Origin: a virus
DNA length: 64,000 nt
Virus record (IMG/VR): IMGVR_UViG_3300042520_003271
Span: 22,913 to 86,912 of that record
Strand: one strand, 5' to 3'
Part shown: positions 53,301 to 64,000 of the stretch, piece by piece
Numbering within the stretch: position 1 is the stretch's first letter
How the letters are laid out: each line of letters begins with the position of its first letter
Program-made: the position numbers and the translations under genes
The notes under the pieces: model-generated
Database searches by the model: none
Told to the model about the DNA's origin: nothing
Seen by the model: the letters and a program-made list of their open reading frames with translations, nothing else

Positions 53301-56300
53301 AACCGGTTCTGGGGGTGCCGACGCTAGCCGTATCTGTCGCCACAACACCAGCGCTTGTGACCTGATTAGTCATACTAACGCAATTGTTGTTATTAAGGAG
53401 GCCAAAGCCGAATAGCGCTTTGCCTCCGCCATACCCACTAGCTGCTAAGCCAGATCTAGCAGTCCCTATACCGGCCGTGTCAGTGGCAACAACACCAGTA
53501 TTAGATACAACATTGGTAACATTAAGGAAAGCTGAAACGTCGGTTACACCAAAGCCAAATATTGCCTTGTCTACACCATATCCAGCAGCAGCTAAATTAA
53601 ATCTTGCAGTTCCAGCACCAGCCGTGTCCGTCGCCACAACACCAGTATTTGAGACTAAATTAGATATGTTAAACGCTGGATCGAAGCCGACAACATTGCT
53701 AATACCATAGCCAAAAATCGCTTTGTCGACCCCATATGCAGCAGCTGCCAAGAAGCCTCTGCCTGTTCCTACGCCAGTTTTGTCTGTTGTTACTACGCCC
53801 GCATTAGAAATGAGATTGGTAATACTTTGACTTGGATGCCCATCGCCAAAACCGACTATTGCTTTGTCGCCACCATATCCTGCAGCTGCTAAACCAACCC
53901 TAGCAGTGCCTAGGCTTAACATGTCGGCAGACACAACACCAACGTTAGAGACAAGATTTTTGGTGTTTACAATTGTTCCACTTCCACCGATAGAGTAAGT
54001 GCCAAAGCAAAATATGGCTTTATCTCCACCGTACCCAGCGGCTGCTAGACCAGATCTAGCCGTACCAACACCTACAGTATCAGTAGCAACTACACCAGTA
54101 TCAGTGACCTGATTTGTAGCACTAAAATAGGCATTTTTAATCACGCCATACCCAAAAATAGCTCTGGCATAGCCACTTGGTATAGGTGACGGAATTGGTG
54201 TTGGAGTAGGCGTTGGTGTTGGAGTTGGTGCTATATTCGGAGTGGGTGTTGGGGTAGGCGTCCAAGTAGCATCGATTCCAGCTGCAGCAAGTGACCACCT
54301 TGATGTGCCGACACCAGCAGTATCAGCAGCAACAACACCAGTGTTAGAAACAAGGTTTGTTAAACTTACAGTAACATTAGCAGAAGTCACCCCAAAACCA
54401 AATGTCGCTTTTCCACCCCCATATCCAGCAGCTGCTAAGCCTAATCTTGGTGTGCCGACACCTGCGGTGTCGGTCGCAACCACACCAGTGTTAGAGATAA
54501 GATTAGTTTTATTAACTAAGATAGTCGGTAAGCTAGCCCCGTAGCCAAATATGGCCTTATCCCCACCGTATGATGCAGCAGCCAGACCTGTCTTGCCTGT
54601 GCCTGCGCCGGCAGTGTCGGTCGCTACTACGCCTACATTAGAAACTAGATTTGTCAATGTTACAACTAGTTGTATGTCCGATCCTGGGGCGGTATCTAAA
54701 CTACCAAAACCGAATATAGCTTTATCGCCACCGTACCCAGCGGCCGCCAACCCAGCCCTTCCTGTGCCTACACCTAAAGTATCGGTCGAAACAACGCCGA
54801 CATTTGAAACAAGATTCGAAACATTAATATATGGTAACAAAGCAGTTATAGATCCAAAACCAAATATGGCTTTGTCTATACCATATCCGGCCGCTGCTAA
54901 TGATCTGGCTGTACCAACACCAGCTGTGTCGGTAGCGACAACACCAGTGCTAGAAACGAGATTGGATATATTATAACTTATTCCTGATCCAGATGATCGG
55001 CCATATCCAAATATTGCTTTACTGCCCCCATATCCGGCAGCTGCTAAGCCTAATCTAGGTGTGCCGACACCAGCAGTATCAGCAGCAACAACACCAGTGT
55101 TAGAAACAAGGTTTGTTAAACTTACAGTAACATTAGCAGAAGTCACCCCAAAACCAAATATCGCACGGTTAGGGCTGCTGGTAGGTGTGGGTGTAGAACC
55201 ACCGGAACTTAAACCACAAGTATTACAAGTGATCAATTGAGCTATACCATTTATAGTAAATGGATCACTTGCGCCAGCGGGAAGCGGGGCGGTCCTAGAT
55301 ACAACCGCATCTAGCGTTAAACTATTAATGAAATAAATAGTACGGTTTATAAAAGTAGTAGCGTATAACTGACTGTTATAACAAAATAAACCAGAGAAAA
55401 CATTGCCTGTATTCAATTTAGGCAATTGTTTAATATTCCATAATGTGCCGCCTAAAGTATATTCAGCGATCCAAGAGTCTAAGTTATTATTGATTACTAA
55501 TGTGGTAAATCTGTTAGTATTCTGATTATATAATATTTCGCCAAAGTTATCAGTCTTCCATGCGCCCGAATAACTTAAATCGAACAATTTGGTGACTATA
55601 GCCTGATTAGTTGAGATATCGATTTGAAATAAAGATTTTGATCCTAATAATAATGTGTTATCAGATTTATAACAAAATCCTTCCAAAAACCATGCGCCAT
55701 TAGCGACAGAAAAATCTAGACCTGGGTATGAGGTAGGTGTGCCTAATATAAAAATCCGGGCGGGTGTCTTAGAAATAGAAAAAGGGGTTAAACCTATATT
55801 ATATTCATCAATCCGATAATACATCGGCGAAGCATTTAGCTGGACGCTTAAAGTCCAGAATTTAAAATTAGACATGGTACTGTCTATTACTGTCCATCCG
55901 CTAATAGTCAGATCAGCAATATTCGTCGTGGTGTTAAAACCATAGTCATAATTCGACAGGGCTCCTCGCCCATTTGCTGAAAAAATGATTTGGCAAGCTA
56001 TATTAACTGGTGTTGGTGTTGGTGTTGGTGTTGGTGTTGGAATCGGTGTTGGAATCGGTGTTGGGATCGGTGTTGGGATCGGTGTTGGAATCGGGCTTGC
56101 AACAGGTGGAGGAGTCGTGCAACCGATAGAAACGGGCCTCCAAACCACCGTGCCATTCTCTTCAAAAGCGATATACTCGCAACTACCATTACAACCTGGC
56201 GAACAAGGACCAGAAAAGCTAGTACCGGGTTGAATGTTCTGATCATTTACCGGCACACCATCTAATGGACAAATTAAACAATTGACCGGAGACCCTGGCG

Positions 56301-59300
56301 TTGCGATCGGAGTGTTTAAAAATTCGATTCCACCGAAAGCAACAGGGTTAGCAATCTGAACCAAGTCTGGATCGCTTACAAATAATTCTTTCGATCCTGT
56401 ACCCAGCTGATATTCTATACCATTATAACCCCATGCTAATAATTTAGCGCAAATCGTTTTTGTAGTATAAGTCGGAGTAGGCGTTGGAGTCGGAGTCGGT
56501 GTGGGTGTTGGCGTTATAAAAGGACAAGCCAAAGAGACTTCAACGCCTTCCCATAATGGATTAAGTAAAGTCCCCTTTTTAGCTGTAATAGCCGTAACCA
56601 CGTAGTCAGCAGTATTCGACACACCACCTACTATAGTGATAGTCTCGTTTTGTAGAAAATTTCGGCCGTTTGATAGACCGCCATAAAAAGAATTCTTTTT
56701 CGTTAGAAAAACACTAAAGTCAGTGATAACTGGCGCGCAAGCGGCTATATGTAAAACATTACCATTTGCATCTACTTGAGTGCCTTTATAATATAAATCA
56801 ATGCTTCCAGTATTCGTGCTGTCAGGGATGCCAATAGTAACGGGTCCTGAACTCTGTTTAACGTTTTTTACTCTTATCAATTCATTTATAGTAAACGCAT
56901 AACTATTATTCAGCGCCACGCCGTTATTAAAATAAAAAGTTGAATCGTCTGGACAAATAACATATATCGGCGTGCCGCTTGCGCTAGAGACTATAACACC
57001 AGAGGATGCGCCTTTAATTTCACCACCGACGTCGACAGTAAACTTCGTACTAGTACCACGTGGTGGAGGTGGTGCAGTGGTGTTTCCTGAGATGTACCAG
57101 CCAATAGAACACGGTGTGGTAGTGCTTGCACTAGTCACAACAGCACCAGAAGTTTTACCAGTTGCTACTACATTGACGTAAGGCGTATCGCTACCACTAG
57201 GCCAATTTTGAAAACACGTTAAATCGGGATTAACATAAGGCGGTGGTGAAGCATCGCAAAGAGACACAGCAATATTGGCGAGATTTCCGCGTTCGGCCGT
57301 TGATGAAAAAGCCATAAATCGGTTATTTCCAAAAGCCACATCAGCATTGCTTATTATTAGCTGATTGCCGGCGTTGCGAATATACCAATTATAACCATCC
57401 GCAGAAACAGCTTCTATAGTATCTGTAGAAGTAATAAGGAATATGCTAGCCCCATATACAATCCGCTTCCATTGAACTGGGGGCGTCGCTCTAGGAGTAG
57501 GTAGTAAAACCTTTGTCCATTTTTTAGCATCCAAAGACACCGCTACATAATTAGCATCAAGAGCACTAGGTATCGCTATAAATACGCCACTACCATAGGT
57601 AATGTCTACCCAAGGGTTTATCTTGACTGGTAGATTGAAAGTGTTCCAATTAACGCCATCAGAAGATACCATCGCATAGCCGGCGTTAACTAAAGTTCCA
57701 TTTGCTAATTCTTGTGAAGCTAATGCCACAAAAACGCCATTTGCGAAAATCAACTCTGACCATATAGCAAAATTCGGTAGTGTCATCTGCGACCATGTCG
57801 CGCCATCGTCTACAGAGTATGCACCGATATTAGAAAAGCTTAAGGCTACATATTTCCCAGCTCCATAGCATATTTGGATCCAATTTTTATTAGCAGAGCT
57901 TGGGAGCGATGGTAAGGTAGAGAATATCTGCCAAGTCTTACCACCATCTATAGACCTAGCTATCTCTTTTTCTTCCGACAATAAAAGGTATGTCTTATCA
58001 GGACCAACAGCGATATCTTTCCATACAGTTGTTCCAGCAGTGGCACCACCATAGACATTAAAAGGTGACCAAGCAATGCCATCATCAGTTATCTGGAGGG
58101 CAGAAGTGGTAGTATTGAGCAATATAAAGTTAGAGCCATATGTAAAGAGCATATCGGCATAAGGAGACATTCCACTAATAGCACTCACAAAATCCGGAGC
58201 TTTACTAGCAGTCCAAGTTGTAAGACAAGTAATCGCTGAGCAATTTGATATGGAGGCCTTTGCACCCGTTACGTCACCACTAAAAATGGCCAAAAAGGTG
58301 TTGTTGCCTCTAAAGAAATTTAAAAAACTGATGCCGGGCGTCACGCTATTATAAGTCAATGTGGATATCAACCAATTAACACCATCAGTAGAGTGGATGA
58401 TGTCAGAATCAGTCACACGAGCTGGTACTTTTTTAGCCGCGACAAAAGCCGACCCTAAATATGAAGCTGAAGCAGTCGAAGCGCTTTTAATTATGCTTAG
58501 GGCTGTGACGTTACTTGGTAGAATTATGTCTTGCCATTTTGCCGGAGATCCGGTTTTAACAGCCGCGCCATTGTCTAAAGTAATTGCGACGATTATGCCG
58601 CTGTTACCCTCAATGCCGATCCATTTATCAGATCGTGAGAATTTCTCAACAATCCAGGTTACGCCATCTATCGATGTTAAATATGAGTCATAGGCAGAGC
58701 CATCAGAATTTTTGCCAATTAGATAAAATTTATCACTATAGCTAACAGTAGACCAAACATTGTTTTGTATTACCGGCAGATTAATCAGTGTGAATATAAG
58801 CATGGTCGCATCAACGGGATGAGTGCTATGCTTATACACTTTGCCATCCGAATGGATAGCAACTATTATAATCGAAGCTGGATTCCAACTAATTGATACG
58901 ATATTTAAATTTATACCAACTTGTGTAGAATCAAACGGCTTAGTCCAAGTAACGCCATCGTCGGTAGACTGGCGCACGACGCCAGACGTGCTATAAATAG
59001 CAACCGTCGGCAGTGTCCTATCAGCGAAAAATGCGATTTTATTCCAGTATCCTGTTGTTAACGCGGGTAATGTAAATGAAGTCCACGTTTTACCCGATGT
59101 GCTCTTATAGCCAACATCAGTAGTAGTTGTATTTCCATAAATATCATTATGTGAAATAGCATAATAATATAGGCCGTAAGTAGCAGTATCAACAATCACC
59201 CTATCTGACGGAATATCAGATCGTTCCCATATATATCCACAAATATTAGTGGCGGGCGTTGGAGTAGGTGTTGGTGTTGGTGTTGGTGTTGGTGTTGGGG

Positions 59301-62300
59301 TCGGTGTTGGTGTTGGTGTTGGTGTAACAGGAGTGCATGATAGAATCGCGGCTTCTCCTGGATATCTAATCCCGAGACTTGCAGCTTCGACTATCTGAGT
59401 GATATAATATGTTCCACTAACATTCCCAAAGCCACCGACACCCTGCCACATATTAGGCAAAGTAATAGAATTTCCAGCTTTTAAACCTTTTACTCTATTA
59501 ATATAATTCGGAAAATCAATTTTATCGTTAAAAGTGATGCTATATATATCCCTAGTGGTAGAATACGATAAAGTAGTTATTTCTGGGTTAGTAAACCCAG
59601 AAAGATTAGAAGTGATGACTCCAGAAAAATAGCCAGATTGACTCTGTTTATTCCAAGAATCAAAACATGGGCCATTTGGAGTTCCTAAACATTCAAACAC
59701 AAAATTAGAACCATAATTTAGCGGGGCACCCAAGGTGCCTTGAGTAACGGTGATTGGACTTATGATAAATTTTGAAACTAATTTATCAGATGTGGTGTAA
59801 CCAAAAGCTATGTTTGCGATACCAGGTATAGCATTAGGTGAAGAGGGTCTTGCAAAAATAGAACCAGTCAATTCCCAATTTAAGCCATCTCTGGAGGTAA
59901 TCGCATAATAGTTAGGTTTATTTCCACTAGCATCTGACGGAAGTAAAACAAAGGATCCGGATCCAAAGGCACCAAAGGAACAACGACTAGAAGTAAAATC
60001 GGTTGGTAATGAAGCTTTGGACCAAGTATTAGAATATAGATTAGGGTTAGAATAAACGCCACCTTCGGCTAATAAAACAAACCTACCAGCGCCATAAAGA
60101 ATGTCGTAGCATCGTCCAGCGGAGGCAGGCAAATTAAAAGGTATAAAAGCATTTGGGCCACCATCTGATGTATAGCCCTTGGTCGATATCGGAAGACTAC
60201 CGCTAAGATCAGGACTAGATGGTAATAAGATAAATAAATTATTAGTATAGGCCAAATTCCAAGCAGCGCCTTCTAACGATAGTCTAAAAGCAGCAGAATC
60301 AAATGTAGATCCGTCATTAGAGAAATAAAATCTAGACACGCTAGGCGAAGCGCCAGGAGATGAAGTCGATAATAAAAACTTATCCTTGCCAAATACGATG
60401 CTTAAAAGATATTCGTCAGTTGCTTTTCCAATAAATGTATAAGAATTTACTGTAGCACCAAAATCATCGGTATAAATAACCACTTGTTCTGTGAAAGCGC
60501 TACCTTTTGTTGCTATTAATACGATCCTTGTATTGCTGGCGGCGATTTTTGAACTAAGATAATAGTTTATATAGTCACCAAAATAAAACCCAGTAATCGC
60601 ATTATCTGTCCAGTTAACACCATCGACAGAAGTCTGCAAATATGTTGGAACTACTATTGAAGCAGATTCGGTTTGGGTAGCGGTGGTCAGCAGATTTATA
60701 AATCGCCCTTGACCATATTTTATTCCGTAAGAACTTCCGCTTGTAACTTTTGACGGCACAGCAGACCAAGTATTCACTCTGCAAGGATATAAAATAGGCG
60801 TAGGTGTCGGTGTCGGTGTCGGTGTGGGTGTGGGGTTTCCACCAACACTAGCCGCGGCTAGACCGTACCTCTCAGAGCCGATACCGGCTGTGTCTGTGGC
60901 TACAATACCGGTGTTATTGACAAGATTAGATATACTTATACCGGTAGTAGAGGTAGCCCTACCATATCCAAATATAGCTCTATCGCCACCATAACCGGCT
61001 GACGCTGATAGCATTCTTGGCGTTCCGATTCCGGTTACATCAGAAGAAACAACGCCGATATTGCTGACAAGATTAGTTAAAGAGACGTATTGGCCGGCGT
61101 TAAAACCATAGCCAAAGATAGCTTTATCATTACCATATCCGGCTGCTGCTGCGCCAGTCTTACTACTGCCAACACCGACCGTGTCTGTTGCGACGACACC
61201 GATATTGCTAACAAGATTTGTTATCGAATAAAGGTTATTATTGTCTTGTCCAAAGCCAAATATTGCTTTATCACCACCAAAGCCAGCTGCGGCTAAATAG
61301 TTTCTAATTTTTCCAATACCGGCGGTGTCAGAAGCAACAACACCAGTATTTTGTACAAGGTTTGTTGTGGCGACATATGCTGTAGAAAAACCATAGCCGA
61401 ATATAGCTTTATCTAATCCATATCCTGCTGCAGCTAAACCTATCCTCGCTGTTCCTACTCCAGACGTGTCGGACGCCACTATTCCCAAATTACTAACTAG
61501 ATTAGTAGTGGAGACCTTTACATCTACACTATAAGTAACCCCATATCCGAATATTGCTTTATCGCCGCCATATCCTGCTGCGGCCAAATAAAATCTTGCA
61601 GTTCCAACGCCAGTAGTGTCAGTTGCGACTACACCTGTATTAGAAACTAGGTTTGTAACGCTCGATGTAGCCAAGCTGTCACCGAGACCAAATCCAAATA
61701 TAGCTCGGCCGGTTGTGCTGGGCGTCGGTGTTGGAGTGGGTGTTGGTGTGGGCGTTGGAGTAGGAGTAGGCGTTGGAGTAGGCGTTGGAGTAGGCGTTGG
61801 AGTAGGCGTTGGAGTAGGTGAAGCTGTAGGCGTAGCAGTAGGCGTAGCCGGAGAAGGCGTTCCAGTACCACCACCAATATCAGTACAAGCACCCATCTGC
61901 ACATTAGGACAATAAAAGAAAGGTTCTTGACAACAATTATCGACTTCAGGAGACGCAGGAATTAGAATCTGCCAAGGAAACTGAGCGTTTTTTGGGCCGT
62001 CAGCACCATACCACGTTACACCACCAGTCTCGCAAGGTTCCTTGTTAGTTAAAGGTACCCAATCGAACGCATTCTTCTCATAATTATGCTTAGTAACACA
62101 ATTAGGCAAAGGCTGCCAAACAAAAAAATTAGTCTTAGGCGTTTCAGAGCCGATAATATTGGTTTCATGTACCCTTAGAGACTTATATCTATTGGCAGTA
62201 GTTTCGACACTCGCTAAAACGCTTTTAATCGGGCTTTCAAAAGCCAAATTTGTTGATCCTGGCACCAAAGAGATATTATCGACATTAGTTTCTAAACTTA

Positions 62301-63429
62301 TATCGCCAAACGATGATAATAAAGTCGAAGAACTCTTATCATATCTTAAGCCGATGAGAGGTTTTTTTGCTAAAACCGAACCGCCAGCTTCAATAGCGAT
62401 TTCACTAACACTTAGTTTAGAAGATCCAATATCACCCCTAGCTCCATCTGGGCCGCATTGTCTTGACTTTACAGCATAATTAGTATTCCAAGCACCGACT
62501 TTAAGAACAATTTTTCCGTAAGCGATATGATATTCTTTATTATAACCTATGAGGGCGGCAGATGCAGCTTCATCGATCAAAGCAGAAAGTTCGCCAGAAA
62601 AACGAACCGGAACTTCGCCGGTCGGATCGATTTTTATTTCTAACACACTCTGAGCATTTATAGAATCTAAGTCAAGATTTTTAATGACATCATTTAAACA
62701 GAAGTAAAATTGGTCATTACCAGCAGCGCATTTATTTCTAATATCGGCTTGAAGCCGCATATACTCTTCGTATTCATTATTAATAGTCAAGAAATATATC
62801 GGCAATTCGACATAAGATGGAAGAAGAGATGGAGCAAAAGAAGGATCGAGTTCATCTAACCTTACACTAATATCTGGTACATGACCGTTGGGAAGATATA
62901 TTTTCCCGCCGGCTGCAAGCGGCTGAGGAGTATAGACAGCAAACGACATGGTATTATTGTCAAATGTCGGATTGAATGATAATTCAGCGGGCGCAGCTAA
63001 GCCGTCTACCCCAGCAGCACCGATTAATCCGCGCTGGCCGGTAGGGCCTTTACACCTTTCATTATACAACAGACGATAAAGCCGCTGCATATTAATTTCT
63101 ATGCGCAATTGGCTTTTAGATTCAGCCTTGAATTTTATTAATCGGTTATTAGATCTAAAATAATAATAGTATGCACCTTTACCAGGCAATATCTTTAAAG
63201 GCGCTTGATTTAGGGCCTCTTTAAAATTTTTATAATATTGTATTCGTTTATAGATCTCTGGAGAAACAAAGCCATCATTCTTTTCATCGACAATTATAGG
63301 CGGCTGAAGATAGCCAATTGAGACCCAAGTATCAGTAGAAGAATAATATCTCCAAACATTTCCATACTTATCTGCGACTTCTTGACCATCTTTAGCGTTT
63401 CTAGGGAAACGAGGTGTAAATTTTGCCAT
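50344..63429 (-). CDS. Giant (4361 aa) modular virion fibre/adhesin
   Basis: Short collagen-like GXY runs, three blocks of AIFG(F/Y)G..TNLVSN.GVVATDT.GVGT.R..LAAAGYG.DK repeats, S.DG..W (BNR-like) propellers, an RCC1-like region and more than 10 PT linkers. Confidence 0.85.
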   Translation of the reverse strand: MAKFTPRFPRNAKDGQEVADKYGNVWRYYSSTDTWVSIGYLQPPIIVDEKNDGFVSPEIYKRIQYYKNFKEALNQAPLKILPGKGAYYYYFRSNNRLIKFKAESKSQLRIEINMQRLYRLLYNERCKGPTGQRGLIGAAGVDGLAAPAELSFNPTFDNNTMSFAVYTPQPLAAGGKIYLPNGHVPDISVRLDELDPSFAPSLLPSYVELPIYFLTINNEYEEYMRLQADIRNKCAAGNDQFYFCLNDVIKNLDLDSINAQSVLEIKIDPTGEVPVRFSGELSALIDEAASAALIGYNKEYHIAYGKIVLKVGAWNTNYAVKSRQCGPDGARGDIGSSKLSVSEIAIEAGGSVLAKKPLIGLRYDKSSSTLLSSFGDISLETNVDNISLVPGSTNLAFESPIKSVLASVETTANRYKSLRVHETNIIGSETPKTNFFVWQPLPNCVTKHNYEKNAFDWVPLTNKEPCETGGVTWYGADGPKNAQFPWQILIPASPEVDNCCQEPFFYCPNVQMGACTDIGGGTGTPSPATPTATPTASPTPTPTPTPTPTPTPTPTPTPTPTPTPTPTPTPSTTGRAIFGFGLGDSLATSSVTNLVSNTGVVATDTTGVGTARFYLAAAGYGGDKAIFGYGVTYSVDVKVSTTNLVSNLGIVASDTSGVGTARIGLAAAGYGLDKAIFGYGFSTAYVATTNLVQNTGVVASDTAGIGKIRNYLAAAGFGGDKAIFGFGQDNNNLYSITNLVSNIGVVATDTVGVGSSKTGAAAAGYGNDKAIFGYGFNAGQYVSLTNLVSNIGVVSSDVTGIGTPRMLSASAGYGGDRAIFGYGRATSTTGISISNLVNNTGIVATDTAGIGSERYGLAAASVGGNPTPTPTPTPTPTPILYPCRVNTWSAVPSKVTSGSSYGIKYGQGRFINLLTTATQTESASIVVPTYLQTSVDGVNWTDNAITGFYFGDYINYYLSSKIAASNTRIVLIATKGSAFTEQVVIYTDDFGATVNSYTFIGKATDEYLLSIVFGKDKFLLSTSSPGASPSVSRFYFSNDGSTFDSAAFRLSLEGAAWNLAYTNNLFILLPSSPDLSGSLPISTKGYTSDGGPNAFIPFNLPASAGRCYDILYGAGRFVLLAEGGVYSNPNLYSNTWSKASLPTDFTSSRCSFGAFGSGSFVLLPSDASGNKPNYYAITSRDGLNWELTGSIFARPSSPNAIPGIANIAFGYTTSDKLVSKFIISPITVTQGTLGAPLNYGSNFVFECLGTPNGPCFDSWNKQSQSGYFSGVITSNLSGFTNPEITTLSYSTTRDIYSITFNDKIDFPNYINRVKGLKAGNSITLPNMWQGVGGFGNVSGTYYITQIVEAASLGIRYPGEAAILSCTPVTPTPTPTPTPTPTPTPTPTPTPTPATNICGYIWERSDIPSDRVIVDTATYGLYYYAISHNDIYGNTTTTDVGYKSTSGKTWTSFTLPALTTGYWNKIAFFADRTLPTVAIYSTSGVVRQSTDDGVTWTKPFDSTQVGINLNIVSISWNPASIIIVAIHSDGKVYKHSTHPVDATMLIFTLINLPVIQNNVWSTVSYSDKFYLIGKNSDGSAYDSYLTSIDGVTWIVEKFSRSDKWIGIEGNSGIIVAITLDNGAAVKTGSPAKWQDIILPSNVTALSIIKSASTASASYLGSAFVAAKKVPARVTDSDIIHSTDGVNWLISTLTYNSVTPGISFLNFFRGNNTFLAIFSGDVTGAKASISNCSAITCLTTWTASKAPDFVSAISGMSPYADMLFTYGSNFILLNTTTSALQITDDGIAWSPFNVYGGATAGTTVWKDIAVGPDKTYLLLSEEKEIARSIDGGKTWQIFSTLPSLPSSANKNWIQICYGAGKYVALSFSNIGAYSVDDGATWSQMTLPNFAIWSELIFANGVFVALASQELANGTLVNAGYAMVSSDGVNWNTFNLPVKINPWVDITYGSGVFIAIPSALDANYVAVSLDAKKWTKVLLPTPRATPPVQWKRIVYGASIFLITSTDTIEAVSADGYNWYIRNAGNQLIISNADVAFGNNRFMAFSSTAERGNLANIAVSLCDASPPPYVNPDLTCFQNWPSGSDTPYVNVVATGKTSGAVVTSASTTTPCSIGWYISGNTTAPPPPRGTSTKFTVDVGGEIKGASSGVIVSSASGTPIYVICPDDSTFYFNNGVALNNSYAFTINELIRVKNVKQSSGPVTIGIPDSTNTGSIDLYYKGTQVDANGNVLHIAACAPVITDFSVFLTKKNSFYGGLSNGRNFLQNETITIVGGVSNTADYVVTAITAKKGTLLNPLWEGVEVSLACPFITPTPTPTPTPTPTPTYTTKTICAKLLAWGYNGIEYQLGTGSKELFVSDPDLVQIANPVAFGGIEFLNTPIATPGSPVNCLICPLDGVPVNDQNIQPGTSFSGPCSPGCNGSCEYIAFEENGTVVWRPVSIGCTTPPPVASPIPTPIPTPIPTPIPTPIPTPTPTPTPTPVNIACQIIFSANGRGALSNYDYGFNTTTNIADLTISGWTVIDSTMSNFKFWTLSVQLNASPMYYRIDEYNIGLTPFSISKTPARIFILGTPTSYPGLDFSVANGAWFLEGFCYKSDNTLLLGSKSLFQIDISTNQAIVTKLFDLSYSGAWKTDNFGEILYNQNTNRFTTLVINNNLDSWIAEYTLGGTLWNIKQLPKLNTGNVFSGLFCYNSQLYATTFINRTIYFINSLTLDAVVSRTAPLPAGASDPFTINGIAQLITCNTCGLSSGGSTPTPTSSPNRAIFGFGVTSANVTVSLTNLVSNTGVVAADTAGVGTPRLGLAAAGYGGSKAIFGYGRSSGSGISYNISNLVSSTGVVATDTAGVGTARSLAAAGYGIDKAIFGFGSITALLPYINVSNLVSNVGVVSTDTLGVGTGRAGLAAAGYGGDKAIFGFGSLDTAPGSDIQLVVTLTNLVSNVGVVATDTAGAGTGKTGLAAASYGGDKAIFGYGASLPTILVNKTNLISNTGVVATDTAGVGTPRLGLAAAGYGGGKATFGFGVTSANVTVSLTNLVSNTGVVAADTAGVGTSRWSLAAAGIDATWTPTPTPTPNIAPTPTPTPTPTPIPSPIPSGYARAIFGYGVIKNAYFSATNQVTDTGVVATDTVGVGTARSGLAAAGYGGDKAIFCFGTYSIGGSGTIVNTKNLVSNVGVVSADMLSLGTARVGLAAAGYGGDKAIVGFGDGHPSQSITNLISNAGVVTTDKTGVGTGRGFLAAAAYGVDKAIFGYGISNVVGFDPAFNISNLVSNTGVVATDTAGAGTARFNLAAAGYGVDKAIFGFGVTDVSAFLNVTNVVSNTGVVATDTAGIGTARSGLAASGYGGGKALFGFGLLNNNNCVSMTNQVTSAGVVATDTASVGTPRTGLAAAVLAGTPPAPTPTPTPTPTPTPTPTATNCFLSWPIAFFNTGNQIINCVKTGATINTFNNGTIIKLTLVNYYNPIQYDYREFWQMPANSIQPILATPFSVGDVITFAQLSTPPQGYENKEYYITKILNGVHTIVCNPPVTTPTPTPTPTPTPTPTPSSNCTSTINRISITIYNSKDLTLVGSNGKSFAVGDILTLSGIPAIDASWPNPNGTFKVIGISNNTMDVECLSFGCFTGWGEGSLHVPLLAGRTLVSSSGAELKTTQTTGDPVYFINLLCGASTPTPTSTVTCDFSKWGYVGIRNQSFDSDLITSVNSGASITASASVYIIRTLNLYYNPRQDNYREFWRENASNGTIVTSTPFAIGDKIVFAFPGGVDSNPPSNWINTFYYISDIKDGVHTIVCNPVITTPTPTPPAKCNIWYGDTFSSFGINHLVSGSSGMLLINPPSSGMPNFDGYLYGSGYWAGRPNNSTQMLRIDGKVNPLVAAPGMWRYVNTFGSMAYAIDGNSDLYTWGIDTFSEACHDKKGQTIAEPTRVTAEFLPKLSKVSYNQIAPGNGFTAFLTNLGEIYYVGKNSMESYLGVSLKWTSDTTYERTDANGIAYLYKPTLIASDPSYKQIYACDSALIIVDASGGLHVIGENKCGVLGINQKEGYTTNKVIPMYNPIPVQTIGSGAGPGVSGIGLGAGVGFGVRTSKTNVMALTRDGDLLFWGGFVGQTGLPRNSYVPIKLDLPESGVIDYQPNTSGCLVVFKSGNVYGYGYSIIDNNNASDTFSSSFVQIGFGSINGAFVLAHGSPERNGYVLAKDFVKPQIPVGPGLCMTIFDNVAKIDTITDANGIQFYIGDTIEVKLDSITDPYNGKYLITNIEKIISGSKTIKRMRIKCLDGNCLVSASPGLVTVPAVFPYLRSIISTGGASIMPLPTGSTATYTVTFDPNCGSGPTPTPTPTPTPTPTPTPTPTPTPTPTPTPTPTPTPTTSKLKVLYTAWK
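50384..50490. repeat. GGTGTC/GGCGTT microsatellite encoding the terminal PT linker
   Basis: Tandem hexamers seen directly. Confidence 0.9.
54304..55159. repeat. Exact 100-bp direct repeat pair (54304-54403 and 55060-55159)
   Basis: TGTGCCGACACCAGCAGTATC...CCCAAAACCAAAT is identical in both copies. Confidence 0.9.
56009..56093. repeat. PT/PIPT linker microsatellite
   Basis: (GGTGTT)n followed by GG(A/G)ATCGGTGTT units. Confidence 0.9.
59254..59327. repeat. PT linker microsatellite
   Basis: (GGTGTT)n. Confidence 0.9.
61720..61862. repeat. PT linker microsatellite
   Basis: (GGCGTTGGAGTA)n and variants. Confidence 0.9.
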
Positions 63430-63544
63430 TTGTTTTCCTGTCGGTAAACCTTTATCTTTTAATTTTTATTTTAAATGGCGCATCTATTATATACCAAGCT
63501 CCTCCCCGCCCGCCCTAAAAGTCTTAAGAAAAAAGACCAAAGGA

Positions 63545-63970
63545 TGGCCGGAGGTGCAAAAGATTACTAATGCCTCGGTTTTATTATTTAACACTATCGG
63601 TCCGGCTCACCAAGTCGCTTATGGTTTGCGGGGTTTAGAGCCAGCTGATAGTCAACAATAATAATGGGATCTGCCGCCGTCGGTGAGGTTCAGTCACCCG
63701 TACACTCTATCAGGTTTGGTGTCTCAGATCTTTGAGTTAGGAACTATATATGGGGCAACTGATGGCTCGCAGACATGCCGTCCTCTGTTAAGCCACGCCT
63801 TCTCTAGTGATATAGTTCATCGCCGGGTTGGGGAGTTACAGGCATTTATTTATACAAACCAGATCATTGGAGATAACTTGCCTGAAAAGACCGAATCTGG
63901 TTTCCCAACTGCTTTTAAACTTACGACAAACGTGGTCGCTATGTTGTCAACACTAGACTGTTGACTGTGT
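63545..63970. ncRNA. Candidate structured non-coding element of unknown class
   Basis: No convincing ORF, GC-richer than the flanks, several complementary segment pairs including crossing ones. Confidence 0.35.
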
Positions 63971-64000
63971 GATAATACACTTATTCTATTTCTTGGGATT

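Noticed and set aside
54304-55159. Diversity-generating retroelement TR/VR pair
   Set aside because: The copies are identical rather than differing at adenines, both lie within coding repeats, and there is no reverse transcriptase in the window.
63683-63964. 93-aa plus-strand ORF
   Set aside because: GTG start with no clear RBS, no motifs, and it overlaps the structured region; probably spurious.
63430-64000. tRNA, tmRNA or RNase P RNA
   Set aside because: I could not find cloverleaf arms, a T-loop with CCA end, or the RNase P P4 consensus by eye.

Overview
This 64-kb window is an AT-rich, densely coding, almost entirely minus-strand segment of a large tailed-phage (jumbo/T4-like myovirus-type) genome read with the standard genetic code. 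It has four parts. (1) Two blocks of large virion fibre/adhesin-like genes at 79-9381 and 43577-63429, built from beta-propellers, RCC1 repeats, YadA-like repeats and FG-GAP repeats joined by Pro-Thr linkers. They include a 4361-aa giant protein and a trypsin-like protease fusion. (2) A T4 gp13-like neck gene. (3) A glycan toolkit: gmd, four or five glycosyltransferases, a sulfotransferase, kdsB and an FAD oxidoreductase. (4) A replication/recombination module: gp32-like SSB, UvsY-like mediator, gp41/DnaB helicase, RecA, a resolvase-like nuclease, a GroES-like protein and a minimal PolA. The strongest finding is a DNA polymerase III alpha (DnaE) split without inteins through its active site into two genes separated by three small ORFs, with a degenerate duplicate of the junction region. 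Other notable findings are a phage actin-fold ATPase beside a membrane-anchor gene, Cys-bracketed and circularly permuted fibre modules, a possible fibre O-glycosylation system, and a possibly pseudoknotted non-coding region at the right end. All assignments come from motif recognition by eye; no database search was run.
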